A stretch of DNA of 64,000 nucleotides from the human T2T-CHM13v2.0 reference genome, Homo sapiens: the NCBI RefSeq assembly GCF_009914755.1, contig NC_060927.1. One strand, 5' to 3'. A program made the position numbers and the translations under genes. This document shows positions 14,292-27,398 of this stretch, piece after piece. Within the stretch, counting starts at the first letter, position 1. Each line of letters starts with the position of its first letter. The notes under the pieces were generated by a model. The model was not told where the DNA came from and searched no databases. It worked only from the letters and a program-made list of their open reading frames with translations.

Positions 14292-14414
14292 CCCTGGGCA
14301 ACATGGTGAAATGTAATCATTTCCCAGAAGCCCCAATTTCCTATTGGAAAACAGTGTCAGAAATATTTCTTCTTTAGTTACATCTGTTTCATTTTTAAAT
14401 AGTTCTATTTCTAC

Positions 14415-14462
<48 letters not shown>

Positions 14463-14613
14463 CCAGATATGGTGGCATGCAGCTCTAGCCCCAGCTACTC
14501 AGGAGGCTGAGGTGGGAGGATCACCCGAGCCCAAGAAGTCGAAGTTGCAGTGAACAGTGATTGCACCACTGCACTCCAACCTGGGTGACAGAGTAAGACC
14601 CTGTCTCAAAAAA
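14292..14613 (+). mobile_element. Partial AluJ-like element interrupted by a non-Alu insert and a (CA)n repeat
   Basis: cctgggcaacatggtgaaa [insert] tctacaaaa (CA)n tagccag...gaccctgtctcaaaaa. Confidence 0.85.
14418..14459. repeat. (AC)21 microsatellite in the Alu mid A-rich linker
   Basis: Perfect dinucleotide run. Confidence 0.97.
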
Positions 14614-15529
14614 TATATAACTTTTTTGGACATCCTTTAATCATTTTTAATGAATTTTAGAAAAAATATCCCAGAAGTTGAGTGGTTTTATTAGTTTTCA
14701 GAATAATTTAGAGATAATGGACATTTTTATAGTATTGAGTCTTGTGATCCAATAATATTGTATCTCTATTTATTCAAACCTCTTGTATATCTGTCAGCAT
14801 AATTTTATAGCAAATATATAAGCCACCTGAACTAATAATGCTACTGTGGATCAACTCATTTACTTCAGAATGTCCTAGCAACCGAGGCAAAAAGGTGGGT
14901 TTGATGAATTCTGTAATTACTCTCTGACAAAAGGAAATATGTACATTTTATGGGAAGAGAAATTTTTCTTCCAACTTCTTAAAGAATTTAGCACAGATCA
15001 ACTTAATAGCTGCTAGTCATGTGTAGCCAATATGAAAAAATATAATTGAGAATACATATTGGGGTGATGAAGGGAATAGAAGCAGGAAAGTGAGATAATC
15101 ATACCTGATAAAATTTTCTGGAGATAAAGTCTGAATTGTACAGAACTTAGAATACTTGGAAGAATAAATGAAAACAACATATATCCAACTTTCTCCTCTT
15201 ATAGCAAATCACTCAGGCTTTTACCAGAGTTTGGATGAAGTTTCAGGCTAGTTGTCAGTTTCTCCTTGAACACCCTATAAGAACAGAGCTTTAAGCATAA
15301 GCAATCTCTGTTGATGAATCCAGGGAGACCCCATGCAAGGATGCCATTTTGCTATGAAAGATGAAGGTCCCAGTTATATTCTCCTTGATGAAGTACCTTT
15401 GTATATTAGCAGTGGACTAACACAGTGGATGGATTAGATCTGAAGTCAATGTTTTGGAGTCTGCAAATGGTTGGAAGCTCTTCCCTTCACATTATTTCAC
15501 AGATATTGATTGCTTCTGCCCTCTCTGAG

Positions 15530-15700
15530 TGCTAATCATAATCTCATTTAATCCCACAAAGACCCATGAGTATCATTATCAATCCCATATGCTAGATGAG
15601 GAACTGCCCTATTCACACAGTGAATCAGTGATAAAACTAAGATTTAAATTTACGTTCTCATGACAAGCAAGCCTGTAATCCCAACCACTATCCCACATCA
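15530..15700 (-). mobile_element. MIR fragment
   Basis: atctcatttaatcccacaaagaccc...attatcaatcccatatgctagatgaggaactg. Confidence 0.65.
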
Positions 15701-15899
15701 TCTTTACTCCTAAATGTACCAACACTTGTACAACCCACAATAGCAGCAATATTCACTCTTGGTACAAAGAATACATTAAAGTAAGAAATGAGGCTTTGTC
15801 TACACAGTTTGAATATATGAACTTTTGCATTTTCCAATTAAATAAGAAGCATTTGTCTTGTTTTTTAATTTTTATAGAAGTCCTAGAATCTTGAGTAGA

Positions 15900-16046
15900 A
15901 TAATGCATCTGAAACTTTAATATGCATGTAGTTCACCTGGAGATCTTCAGGTGGAGTCCAAGAGTCTGCTTGTCCACCAACTTCAACTTCCCAGAAGATG
16001 TGATGCTGCAGTCCCACAGTCCACATTTTGGATGGCAAGAGGCTAG
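15900..16046. mobile_element. MER5A-like hAT MITE, internally deleted
   Basis: aaactttaatatgcatgtagttcacctggagatctt...caggtggagtccaagagtctgc...tgatgctgcagtcccacagtccacatttt. Confidence 0.6.
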
Positions 16047-16095
16047 AGGATCATCATCAATCTGGTTTTCTAAATTTGAGTCAGGATGAAGGGCA

Positions 16096-16207
16096 GTCTT
16101 GATTAGCATTCAGTACCTAATGAATGCTAGGTAGCATTCAGTACCTAATGAATGCTAGGTAGCATTCAGTACCTAGCATTCGTTAGGTACTGAATGCTAA
16201 TCAAGAC
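16096..16207. repeat. 112-bp palindrome: 38-bp inverted arms overlapping a 28-bp tandem repeat
   Basis: Arm 16096-16133 equals the reverse complement of 16170-16207 with 1 mismatch; unit tagcattcagtacctaatgaatgctagg occurs about 2.6 times. Confidence 0.97.
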
Positions 16208-16279
16208 ATAATGTCTGTTCTTAAGGTAATGCAGTGATTGTCAGCTCTGGTTGCTCAGTGTAATCACAGGGTGAGGTTG

Positions 16280-16321
16280 AGATAGATATAGATAGATGAG
16301 ATAGATGTAGATGAGATAGAT
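16280..16321. repeat. Degenerate (GATA)n/(GATGA)n repeat
   Basis: agatagatatagatagatgagatagatgtagatgagatagat. Confidence 0.8.
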
Positions 16322-16434
16322 TAAAACCTCTGGGGCTAAGATCAAAGAGGCATGGATACTTAAATACTTTAAGTATATATATTTGGATTATATCCAGGCT
16401 GAGGATATAAATTTGAGAAAGGTGGTAGCTATAT

Positions 16435-16595
16435 TCATCCTGACTTTATCAGTTACTTTGGACAAGTTAATTAACTGCTCTATGCCCATTTTTTTTTCTA
16501 ACGTAAAAATGGTAGTTGCACATATCTGATGGTTGAAGAATTAAATGAGAAAAGCATTATCTAGAACACAATAAGCATTCATATATTAGTTGTCA
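16435..16595 (+). mobile_element. MIR fragment
   Basis: actttggacaagttaattaactgctctatgcc...gaagaattaaatgaga. Confidence 0.65.
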
Positions 16596-16854
16596 GTAAT
16601 AGTTTCATCATTGTCATTCCAAAATTTTAGGTTCCTTGTTCCTTATATGGAGTAAATCACCCCAAAATAAAAAATGAGATGTGTATTTGTCTCATAATTG
16701 CACTTCTGTCAAACAGCTCTGTAAAGCAGCATCTCATGAGAGAGACAAAGCATGAAAAAATTAAAAGCACTTTGAATGTAAGAATAAAGATGTAAGATGA
16801 TGACCCACCTCTCATTAGTACCACCTTTGAAACCTTCCTGTGTTTATTTCCTAG

Positions 16855-17221
<367 letters not shown>

Positions 17222-18014
17222 AGCCAAAATGTGCTCTGACTTTTCATTAATGCCTGTGCCATCCCCTACTCAGCCTTATACCACATCTACAGTTACTCAA
17301 TAAGGACATGACTGTAAAAATAAATCAAATTTTAAAAATAGATTCATGTAAGTTGTTAGGAGAGCTTCCTATTTCAATGAATCTGTTCTTTAAATGAAAC
17401 AGATTCCCTTTAAAAAGTAAACAGTCCACTCAGCTCATCTGTAGAAATACAGGAAATCATACATCCTTTCATTTTGCTTACTAGGTGATTATGTGGTGAC
17501 ATCCATATTGGTTTGGAGATGTTAATGTAGAAAACAGGTCCATTTGCTTCAGATTGTAAGTTGAACATTAGATTTTTACCTTTATTTTTGTTTTCAGCCA
17601 GGTCTGCCAATGCTGCTCTTTTCTACATGTGTGCATTGCATTGCATTCTTGTTCTGGCTCTTTTTACTCTTCCATTCTTTAGGCATAAGTATCTTTCCAT
17701 GATAAAAAAGCATACGAGACTGCTTCTTCCAATAGACCACTTTTATCTTTCAGTCACCTCTGCTTATAGGACCAATACAGTTTGAAAATCCAGCTTTAAT
17801 CAGTTTACTGTCAAGCAAGAACCTTCAACTGGGCTTGTGGAAGTAAACAAAAGAACTATACTCTTCTCAAAACTCAAGCTCACTTCTCTCTTCTGTCAGT
17901 GTGTCACATCAAATGCTGGGCCCTCTCTTTAAAAGGGTCCAGGACAGTCACAGAAACTCAAATGTGGCTGTCATATTGCAGCCTCCTGTTTTTCCCAAAT
18001 ATACTTGTTTTTTG

Positions 18015-18465
18015 CTCATCCATTGAATCAATCAATAAGCATTTACTGAGTACTTACTATGTGCTGGGCACAAGGCTGGTGGAGATACAGTAGTGAAAAA
18101 GACAGACAGGGTCCCTGCCTTCATGGAGCTTACAGTTTAATGAGGCGATAGATAGTAGGCATAGAATCATATAAATACTGAATTCCAAATAGCTATTAAT
18201 ATTATAAAGAAAAAAATTGAAGTTTATTTAAGAGTATAGAAAGAAGACTTAATCTGGACTATGGAGTCAGGTGGGTTTTTTTTTTTTTAATTAACCTAAA
18301 GCTAAGCAATTAAAAGTGAGTAGAAAGTAGCAGATTAAGAGAAGAGACAAGAGACATTTAGATAGAAGGACAGTCAGTGTGGAGGCCCCGGCTATATTCA
18401 AAGGGCTCAGAGAAGGTAAAGATGAGAGGCGGTGAAAGATGAGTCTGGAGAGTCAGCCAGGGATC
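18015..18465 (-). mobile_element. L2 3' end (probably continues ~19560-19680)
   Basis: tcaataagcatttactgagtacttactatgtgctgggcac...aagacagacagggtccctgccttcatggagcttacagt. Confidence 0.85.
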
Positions 18466-19989
18466 ATTAATTTTGTTGTTGTTGTTCTGTGATAGTATTG
18501 CTTGGATTCTTGTAGCCTGTTTTCTCCTCCACTTTTTCCTATTTTTGACCTTTTGTTTCACTGTATTCATTCACTTATTAAATTCCTTTATGACTCAAAG
18601 CTTTGGTGAGGAATACTTGACTTTTCCATGAGCTATGTTTTCTTCCAGGTTGGGTTTTTCACCTGTCTTCAGTATGCTATGCTCTATCATTTGTTTTTCT
18701 CTTCTTCTTTGTTAGATATTCATGGATATGTTTATTTGCTGTATCTTGTTTGTAATGCTGCCTTGCAATTTCTACTCTTGCCTGTGCTTAACATAAGCAT
18801 TTCTGTCCAGACATTCATTTACCCTCAATTTGTATGGCTAAGTTCTTCTTTATTTCTTTCCCATTGTATTTCAGAACTATTTTTTTTTTCCTCTCCCAGC
18901 TACAATTAGAGAGTTGGAATACTTCTCTTTGGTCCATTTTTCTGTAGTTTGAAAGTGGTGAGGTGAGGGAGTAGTAGAAGAAAACTATTCTGTGGCCTTG
19001 AATGACAGAACTTTGCTCTTTTTCCTAAAATCTCATTAAATGGCCTACCCAGAGTTTATTCTACCGTCACAGCAGAGGCCCTACATTTCAGACCTTGACC
19101 CTTCTTCAGTGTGGAAACCAAGAAAACAATAGCCTTGGTGCTCACGTATGTCTGCTGAGCTCCTTGGATTCACACCAGAAGGTTTCACTTTGACTCTTTC
19201 CTGAGCAACCCACTCATCTCAGTCCACATCTCTACTAATTGGGGGGCAGTAGTTATTAATGAAAATTCCTGGGATTTGCAGACTCTCCCTTTCCAGCTTC
19301 TGCAAGGTGAAAGATTTGTTGCAATGGTCTTCTGCTTTTTCTTATACATTATTTTTGAAACATATGGTGTATGGTTGTAACCCTTAGCTAGTTTGTTTGC
19401 TGTTGACAATTTTTGGAAGGTTTTATTTTGTTATTGTTGGTGGTTTTATTTTACTATTTCAAGTGTTGTGATAGCAATATTTTGCAATCGGGCTTCATTT
19501 CACTGTCTTTATTTCCATATTTTCATCTTCAAAATGCCACTCTAGATTCCTCATGAAAAATGATTGAAAGGGTAAATAGAGATGTAAGAAGTGAATAAAT
19601 TTAAAGTGTGTTTTGGAAACAAAAATCAACAGCACTTGATAAAGTGTTAGATGAGATGGTGAATGAGAGGATGGCATACTGCAGGAAAAACTGGGTGTAT
19701 AAACAATTTCTAAAGACTTGTATCATATTTTCACCTTGAAGATCTTGGCCAATATTAGTTCACAATTCAAACGAGAATGAGAACAAGTATGTACTGAGTC
19801 ATCAGTGCCAACTCCATGCTAAATGCTTTTGTTATCTCTTCAGTCCTCACCAGATCCCTGAGAAGGATCTCTATGTACTCTGCCTCCCCAGTTGTGATAG
19901 AAATGACACATTGTGGAGGACAGGGAGGGCCAGAGTAGGGGGCAGTGTGTACAGCTGGAAGCAACCCCATCATCCTTGCTCACCACCAG

Positions 19990-20155
19990 GCACTTTCATT
20001 GACTCCACCTCACTTCATCCTCATGACTACCATATGAAATATATATTCTTACCTCTGTTTTTTCTAATTGAGAAAACCAAAGATGTTAAATTAACTTGTT
20101 TGAGGTTATTAAGTTCATAGATGGCAGAGGCAGGCTTGAAATCTAGGACTTTTGA
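19990..20155 (-). mobile_element. MIR fragment
   Basis: cctcacttcatcctcatgactacc...gagaaaaccaaagatgttaaattaacttg...ggcagaggcaggcttgaaatctagg. Confidence 0.6.
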
Positions 20156-20167
20156 TTTCTCCATACC

Positions 20168-20202
20168 TGTTTTGTTTGTTTGTTTGTTTGTTTGTTTGTT
20201 TT
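20168..20202. repeat. (GTTT)n microsatellite
   Basis: tttgtttgtttgtttgtttgtttgtttgttt. Confidence 0.95.
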
Positions 20203-22087
20203 TTACCACACTCTAATGTATTATCAAACCCCTCTGCCACTCTGTGGGTATGTGCATAACAACACATTTGATCATCATCAAGCCCGTTTTCCGTGGTTTG
20301 TTGCACATCTATTTCTAACTCATAAACACAGTTGTAAAATGAGTCAACCTGAGAGAAATCAGACTTGTTTACTCATTTTGCAGAAATCTGGGTTTGGAGG
20401 CTTTCATTACCCCAAGGTTAGAAAAAGAAGGCTGCTATTGTAGTGATGCAAATGTGGTTCATTGTTCAAGTTGGACCGTATCCAGCAATGGATTCCATAA
20501 GCACCATGGCACTTTCCTCCTTTGCCCCCATTGGGTCTTATCTCCTTTATCCTGGGAGTGTTTGTGGCATCTTCACTTCTATTGTTGAGCTATAGGAAGG
20601 AGAGGGCTCATCTCAGCACTTCATTTGACAAGTCCAAAAGGAAATCAACAAAAGAATAAAAAAGTGAAGTGGCCTTATCACCCTACTCCCTCCTTTGGAG
20701 ACATTGCTGCAATGAATACTTTTCCACAACCTGGACCTTTGGCCTTCTCACATGCACTCTAATTTTCTCCTGGGGCACAGAGATGAAATCACGATGACTT
20801 CCCCTGGTGGATGTGCTCAGAGTGGTTTTACGGGTCATGAATTAGCCTATCTGGGGAGAGAAGATCAAAAGTAAAATTATAAGTCTAGAGTTAGTAACTT
20901 AAAAGTTCTAAACGTGTGTTTGTGTGTACATATGTATATTATATAAGAGGGTGCCTTTGATGTCTAATCTGAATGCTATGTCAATGTATTTGTTTATAAT
21001 TAGGCCAGACAAAAACAAGATAGAGAAATAAAGTTGTCACTGCAGGTGGCTACTGATGTGTGACAGTGTGTTCTGCATCAAATCAAATGCTGAATAAGAT
21101 TGAAGAGGGGAAAGGCATAGAGAAAAAGGGGAGAAGACACTCTTGCAAAAGAAGGGAGAAACAGAAGCAATAGCTCCTTACATTTCCTCAGAAAGGGAGA
21201 GTGAGAAAGCTTGATTATTTTCTAGGAAATGGTATGTAGAAAGGTTTGGCAGGAGGTGAGTTTATGAGGGAATTTGAAAGTATTAAAGGGAAAATTACTT
21301 CTCTGAAAAAGCAAGAAGAGTACAGAGACACAAGAGCCAAGGAGAAGAAAGTTTTGTTATGAACATGCTTGAAGTTTTGCCGACATTCTGGACATATGTA
21401 AACAGAGTGCTCAATGGAACATCTGTCTGCTGCAGGTAACTTTCTTTTATGATATATTCACGTATGGTTTGCATTTTGTTTAGTTTCGAAGTTTGTGAAA
21501 CATCTTATAAAACATTCCTGCTAAAGCATGGGTACAATGTGGACATCAGGAAGGCATGCTCAGTAGAAGAAATAGTAGAAACACAGGTAAAGACAGTAAA
21601 AAAAAGGGAATTGGAATTACAAGAACAGTGAGGAGTTCTGTTTCACTGGAGTATAGGATTCTTGATGTGGACTAGAACAGGAACTAGTCAGAAATTAGAT
21701 TGGAGCAGCATCATGGAGGACTTAAATCTTAGTGTGAGATGTACAGTTTAGAATTTGTTCAATAGATAATTTTGTTCTGAGAACCCAGTGCAGTTTTGAG
21801 TGGATGTGTGACATATTCAAAGGTGTTCGCAGGTGTCTCATGCTCTAGAAAGAAGTCAAGATTAATGACAACAATTTCAGTGCCTTTTACATAGAGGTCA
21901 TATTTGAAGGCTTGGGAGAGATTATGTGGTCCAGAAAGAAAACATGTTAGACAGAGACTTAAAGAATGTTTACCCTTTTAAATAATCAGGATAAGAAAAG
22001 AGGCCATTGATGACAGAGGAGAAAAAGAATCTGGATTGCACATTATCGTAGGAGCCAAATGAACAGAAAGTCTTAAGAAGAAAGGAT

Positions 22088-22398
<311 letters not shown>

Positions 22399-23231
22399 GG
22401 AAGGGTGTTTTCAACCATACTAAAAGCTGGGAGTGTGTGCACATTAAGGAGAATGTAAAGGGAGAACAGTTCATGGGTCTTGGGAATTTGTTGGTTCAAA
22501 AAGCATGATGAGTTCAAGACCACAGGGAAACACAGGTGTTGAGAGGTATAAACCAATTCCTTGTTCCATTTCTGTAAGGACTTGGAAGAGATCAACATGT
22601 TAGTAATTTAACAGAGGGGAAAGGCTCTTCTGGGTCAACACTAAAATTTTTAAAAACATACTTAACGTTAAGATGTTTTAGGGGAAAAAGCGATGAATGC
22701 TGCTGAAAGTCAGCAAGAGGCACTATAATTAGAAGTCATATCTAGAAACAAACATCTGAGAGGCAGTGGATTTGTCCTTTTGCAAGCTCTAATTCTTCTT
22801 TTTTTATTTGTAGAGTGGTTTTTCTTTAAAAAAAATTTAAAATAAAAGAATGTAGAGTAGAATGAGAATGATGAGGAGATGGACCATTCTGAATTTGACA
22901 TTTTTGCCTTTTGTGGTCATAGCTAAGCCTAAGTAAGTATGAGCCTGAGGCTTTATTTCCTTGACTTCTCTGCCCTACTAATCAAGGGCTACGTATTGAA
23001 AGTGCTGAACAATGGAAGAATCGGAAGAGGGAAACCCTTTAGGACTGTACCTTTTACTCTATTTATGTCTATCCCCAAACCTATCGAGGCCTAACCCCTT
23101 CCATTATTCCCACCAGTCAAGCACTATTAGCGGCCTCCCTTGTTCTTTCTCATGCAAGGAAGGAGCTACAGATATGTTGGCTTACAGTTGACAACTTAGA
23201 GGATGATGTTTGATGTTGAGCCTGTACTTCC

Positions 23232-23501
23232 TTTTTTTTCTTTTTTTTTCGAGATGGAGTCTCACTCTGTTGCCTAGGCGGGAGTGCAGTGGCGGGATCT
23301 TGGCTCACTGCAACCTCCACACCTCCCAGGTTCAAGCGATTCTCCTGCCTCAGCCTCCCGAGTAGCTGGGATTATAGGCGCGCACCACCATGCCTGGCTA
23401 ATTTTTTTAGTTTTAGTAGAGACAGGGTTTCACCATGTTGGCCAGGCTGGTCTTGAACTCCTGACCTTAGGTGAGCCACCCACCTCAGCATCCCAAAGTG
23501 C
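23232..23501 (-). mobile_element. Alu (AluS), 5'-truncated
   Basis: Ends at cccaaagtgct; degenerate TSD tgtacttccttt / tatacttacttt. Confidence 0.93.
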
Positions 23502-23743
23502 TTATACTTACTTTCTGAATATAAAATAAACTTGTCAATTATATGGTTTTTAAGAGAGAGACAAGGGACCTTTAATAAAAGACACTTCTGAGGAACGTTT
23601 TCATTGTGTTAATATTTTAAATTACGGTTTAGTTTGGAACACATTCAGAACCTATCTCTACATCGTCTTTGTCTATTGAAAGATTTATATGTTTGTATAT
23701 GTACGTGTATTTATTCACCGTTTCATTTTGCAGGAGTAAGACT

Positions 23744-24080
23744 TGTGTGGTTGGCCTCAGTCTTTCCACAGACATCTTGTAAGAGGATATGGTTTCCCCA
23801 GTCCCTTTGAAGTTACATTTGGCCGTATGACATGTTTTGGCCAATAGAATGTGGGTAGAAGTAGTGTAAAGCACTTTCAGACTGAAGGCTTAAAGCCTAG
23901 TATGTAATTCAACCCACTTCTCTTCCCTCTATCATGGCATCTGGTAATTCCCCAGATGGCAGCTTCTGTATCTGCCTGATCCTGGAGGGAGGACCACATG
24001 GAACAGAGATCCCAATCAACCCATCATTGACATATAGCTTGAGAGAGAAACATTTTGTTGTAATAAGCCACTGAGATTTG
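23744..24080 (+). mobile_element. MaLR LTR, MLT1J-like
   Basis: ggccgtatgacatgttttggccaatagaatgtgggtagaagt...gagagagaaacattttgttgtaataagccactgagatttg. Confidence 0.75.
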
Positions 24081-24934
24081 TACCTGTGGTACAGCTTTCA
24101 AGAACTTGTTCTTATGGGTTTAAAAATATTCTTGATTCCTGTGACTGAGTCATATTCTTGGTAACCTTCCCAGCCTCCAGTCCTGCTACCTGCTGATACC
24201 AAACAGCTGCCTGCCTGCTTTTTTTAGCATTTTATTCTGCATAATGTGTTGCAAGGCTCCTAACTGCTTATGTCACCCCAGTTTTATATTGTACTTATCT
24301 GACCCTTGCTTATCTATTACTTGTTACTGCACTTTCCAGAGATCCTCTTCCCTCTCATAGCCTGGACTACCCAGACCCTATATGTGCGCCATCCCCTAAG
24401 CATCTAGCTCACCCCAGTGTTTTGCTTTTGCCAGTTTCTATGGAATTAGCAATGCCCAACAATGTCTCTTGATGTGATTAACCTAAATGACTCTAAACTA
24501 ATTGAGGGTAGGGTTCATGTCAGATTCAACACTGTAAATACCTCCTGTCTTAGAACAGGTGTTCTATAAACATTAAATGAATAAATGCACACTTGTATCG
24601 AATTTCATTAAAATTTATTCGAGTTTATTCAAATTAGAGAAAGATTTCCACCTGTTAAGTAGATTGGCTTCCATTGTGTTTCAAATTAAACCACAAATTA
24701 AATTTAAGGTAGAGTGTCTTTTGGTAAATTTTATCAAAATCATTCAAATTTTTTACAAACAAAGCAAAACCAGTCATTGCTGTCTGATTGGACATCAAGA
24801 GGTAAAACCATTATTTTTGCAAGCTTTTGCAAGCCATTTAAAAAATCTTTAGTAATTCAGTATAAGTAACTGCAGAACATACCTCTGGTACATCATATTC
24901 CATCTCATTGGCCCATCTCTGATTTCAGCTGTAA

Positions 24935-25300
24935 TTAGAACAGACAGTTCAGTGCAAATGCTTGCCTTCTGCTTTTTGCCTCAGGCTATTTTCCAGGTAG
25001 GAGCCTTCTAGCAAGGTCAGAAACCAGGAAGTGTTGGTCTTTACTACCTCTTGGAGGAACCCTCAGCCAATGGATGAAGGGAGACACTGAATGCATCTCA
25101 GGCATTCTGAGTACTTTCCAGGTGGTCTGGCAAATCAAACCCGTTTTCCACAGCTAGAAACTTGATATTGAACCTTTATATTGACCTTTCTTTTTTCCCA
25201 TCTATCACTCTCCCAGCTCCCTGACTCCTGTTTCCTGGCTTACCTTCTTCATGCAAGTCCTTATTTAAGACTCTCCTTATGGGGGAACCCACACTGAGAA
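24935..25300 (+). mobile_element. ERVL LTR, LTR16-like
   Basis: aaccctcagccaatgg; tcactctcccagctccctgactcctgtttcctgg; terminal gggggaacccacactgaga. Confidence 0.6.
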
Positions 25301-25459
25301 TGTAATACTCTTATCTAGTCAAGTACACAAATCAGCCTGTCTTGTATAGATCTTATCTGTACTTATTTCAAAGTGAACGTTTTGTGTTTTTAAATCTTCA
25401 GTCAATTACTATGCGCCTACTATGTGTTCAACACTGTGCAAAGTCTTATGAGAGAACAC

Positions 25460-25615
25460 ATAGGAAAAAAACATGAGATTTGCAGTCAGATCTGGTTCTA
25501 GTCTTGGCCTTGCCAAACACTATCTAGTACTTGGCAAATTACTTAAATTCCCTAACGCTTGCCTATAGGTTAGAGATAATAATAATGCCTCTTTCTGAGG
25601 AATGGGGAAAATATT
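25460..25615 (+). mobile_element. MIR fragment
   Basis: agtcagatctggttctagtcttggcc...cttggcaaattacttaa...gataataataatgcct. Confidence 0.6.
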
Positions 25616-27169
25616 GCCAACATTGTAATTATTAATGATAGTATAACACATGTAGTCTGCATTATCAAACTTATTGTATAATTATAGAACATCATCTTGC
25701 ATTGCTCCCTACATAAACATACTGAAGGCATATAAAGGTTGCAAATGCATTGAAACCCTGTGGTGTATTTTTTATGTTTTTATGCTCAAAAATACATAAC
25801 AGTGCTGAATACATATTAGTCAATTAATAAATTAATGGTTGAAAAAATTATAAGATCCTTGTCTAGACAAGTGGCACAATTAGGGTGCTCACCTTTCATT
25901 TTGGGTTATTTGTAAAGTGTTTTCTAGGTACTTGATTTATATGTTAAAGAAATTGAATATTGTTAGTTTTATAATTGTAAATAGAAATCAGTTTAATCAG
26001 TTTGTGTGTTTGTGTTTGAGAGAAGGAGGGAAGTGAAAAGGGAGAGAGAGAGAGAATCAATTTGACAATGACTGTTTACTTTTCCCCAAGAAACTATACC
26101 TTTGGTGGTTAAGGGAGGATGAGGTAGGAGACGAACAGTAGCATGCAGAATAAATCACTGTCAAGTGTTAGTTCATTTTAAGAACCCTCGTGAAGTAACT
26201 TAGTCAAGGTTCAACCTTGAAATTTGAACTAATTGATTCAGATGGCTATCCTAAGAAACAAAGCCAGCAAAGGCTAATGGGATAGAGGATGAGAATCAAC
26301 ATTTGTGCCATTACAATAGGTTGACCTCAGGTAGTCAATTTTCCAAGATATTATTGAAGTAACTTGGAATTTCCAAAGAATGCAGTGCTGTCTGGAACCA
26401 CACAAAAACTAGAAATGTGTCTCTTTCGTGATGGAAAACAAACGTCCTTAAACCATTCCCTTCTACCTGGTGGGTTTATCTTTGTGGTCTCCGCTCTCTG
26501 TGAGCAGGAACACTTTACAGACATTGGCTGAGGTCTTTGGACCAGAGTTAGAACCAGGCTTTAAAGTTAGAGGGGTTGGTCCTTCCCTGTGGGCAGAGCC
26601 CCAAGCAGCAGAGACAGACTCATTTCTGGCTGTAGCACTTTTTGAGTCTGGTCCTTGGTAAGAGGAGAGTTGGGAGGAATAGACAAATTAAAACAGAAAT
26701 AATTTAACCCTGATGTCAGGCTTCCCAGATTACTGCTGGTGGTATGTTAGAACATTTTAAGTGGTTTATAAATGAACAATTCTTACTTTTAAAATGTTAT
26801 ATGTTTATTTCAATGTTTATTAAGTACCTTCTATTTATAAATAATTGCAGTTATGGAAAATTAATTAATAAAAAGGAGTGAGCCAACACAAGAAATATTG
26901 ACTGCTGTTCAAAGGGTGAGATTCATATGATGTGTGAGATGATTATAGGTGCTATAGCGATAAATATTTCTTAACCTCTAAAAAATTATACCTAAAACCT
27001 TTGATAGAAACATGAATAAAACTGTCTTAATTCTTGTTGCTTTATAATAAGTAGTGATATCTGGTAAAGCACATTTTTTCACTTTATTTTTATTTTTCAA
27101 TGTGTCTTAACTATTCTTTTGTTTTTATGTTTTTTGTTTTTTCCTTTTCATGTCAATTTTAGAATAAGC

Positions 27170-27398
27170 TTGGTGCGCTGGCAAGCTGACTCTCGGGGGA
27201 AAAAATCTTTGATTTGTAGTGTTTGCAAATTTCCGTGGGGGTAACCACTCCCACAGTGGGTGATTTCAAGCCACAGTGGTTTAATAATCAGTTCAAAGAT
27301 TCCTGAATATTCAACAGTCGGGTCCCGTGATTTGGTGTGAGCTAGTATGAACTGGCGCACCTCATGAGTTGGTATAAGCTAGCTCCTACACCCCACCA
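27170..27398. mobile_element. MER63A-like hAT-Blackjack element
   Basis: tggtgcgctgg...tgatttgtagtgtttgcaaatttccgtgg...gatttcaagc...attcctgaatattcaacagtcgg...agctcctacacccca. Confidence 0.7.

Noticed and set aside
15934-15953. Near-palindrome cacctggagatcttcaggtg
   Set aside because: Explained by the intrinsic symmetry of an internally deleted MER5A-like MITE.
16104-16175. 28-bp palindromic direct repeats superficially like a CRISPR repeat
   Set aside because: The units are directly adjacent with no spacers, there are no cas genes, and the context is primate.
18480-19490. T-rich tract possibly an old L1M/HAL1 5' region on the minus strand
   Set aside because: Too degenerate to call by eye.
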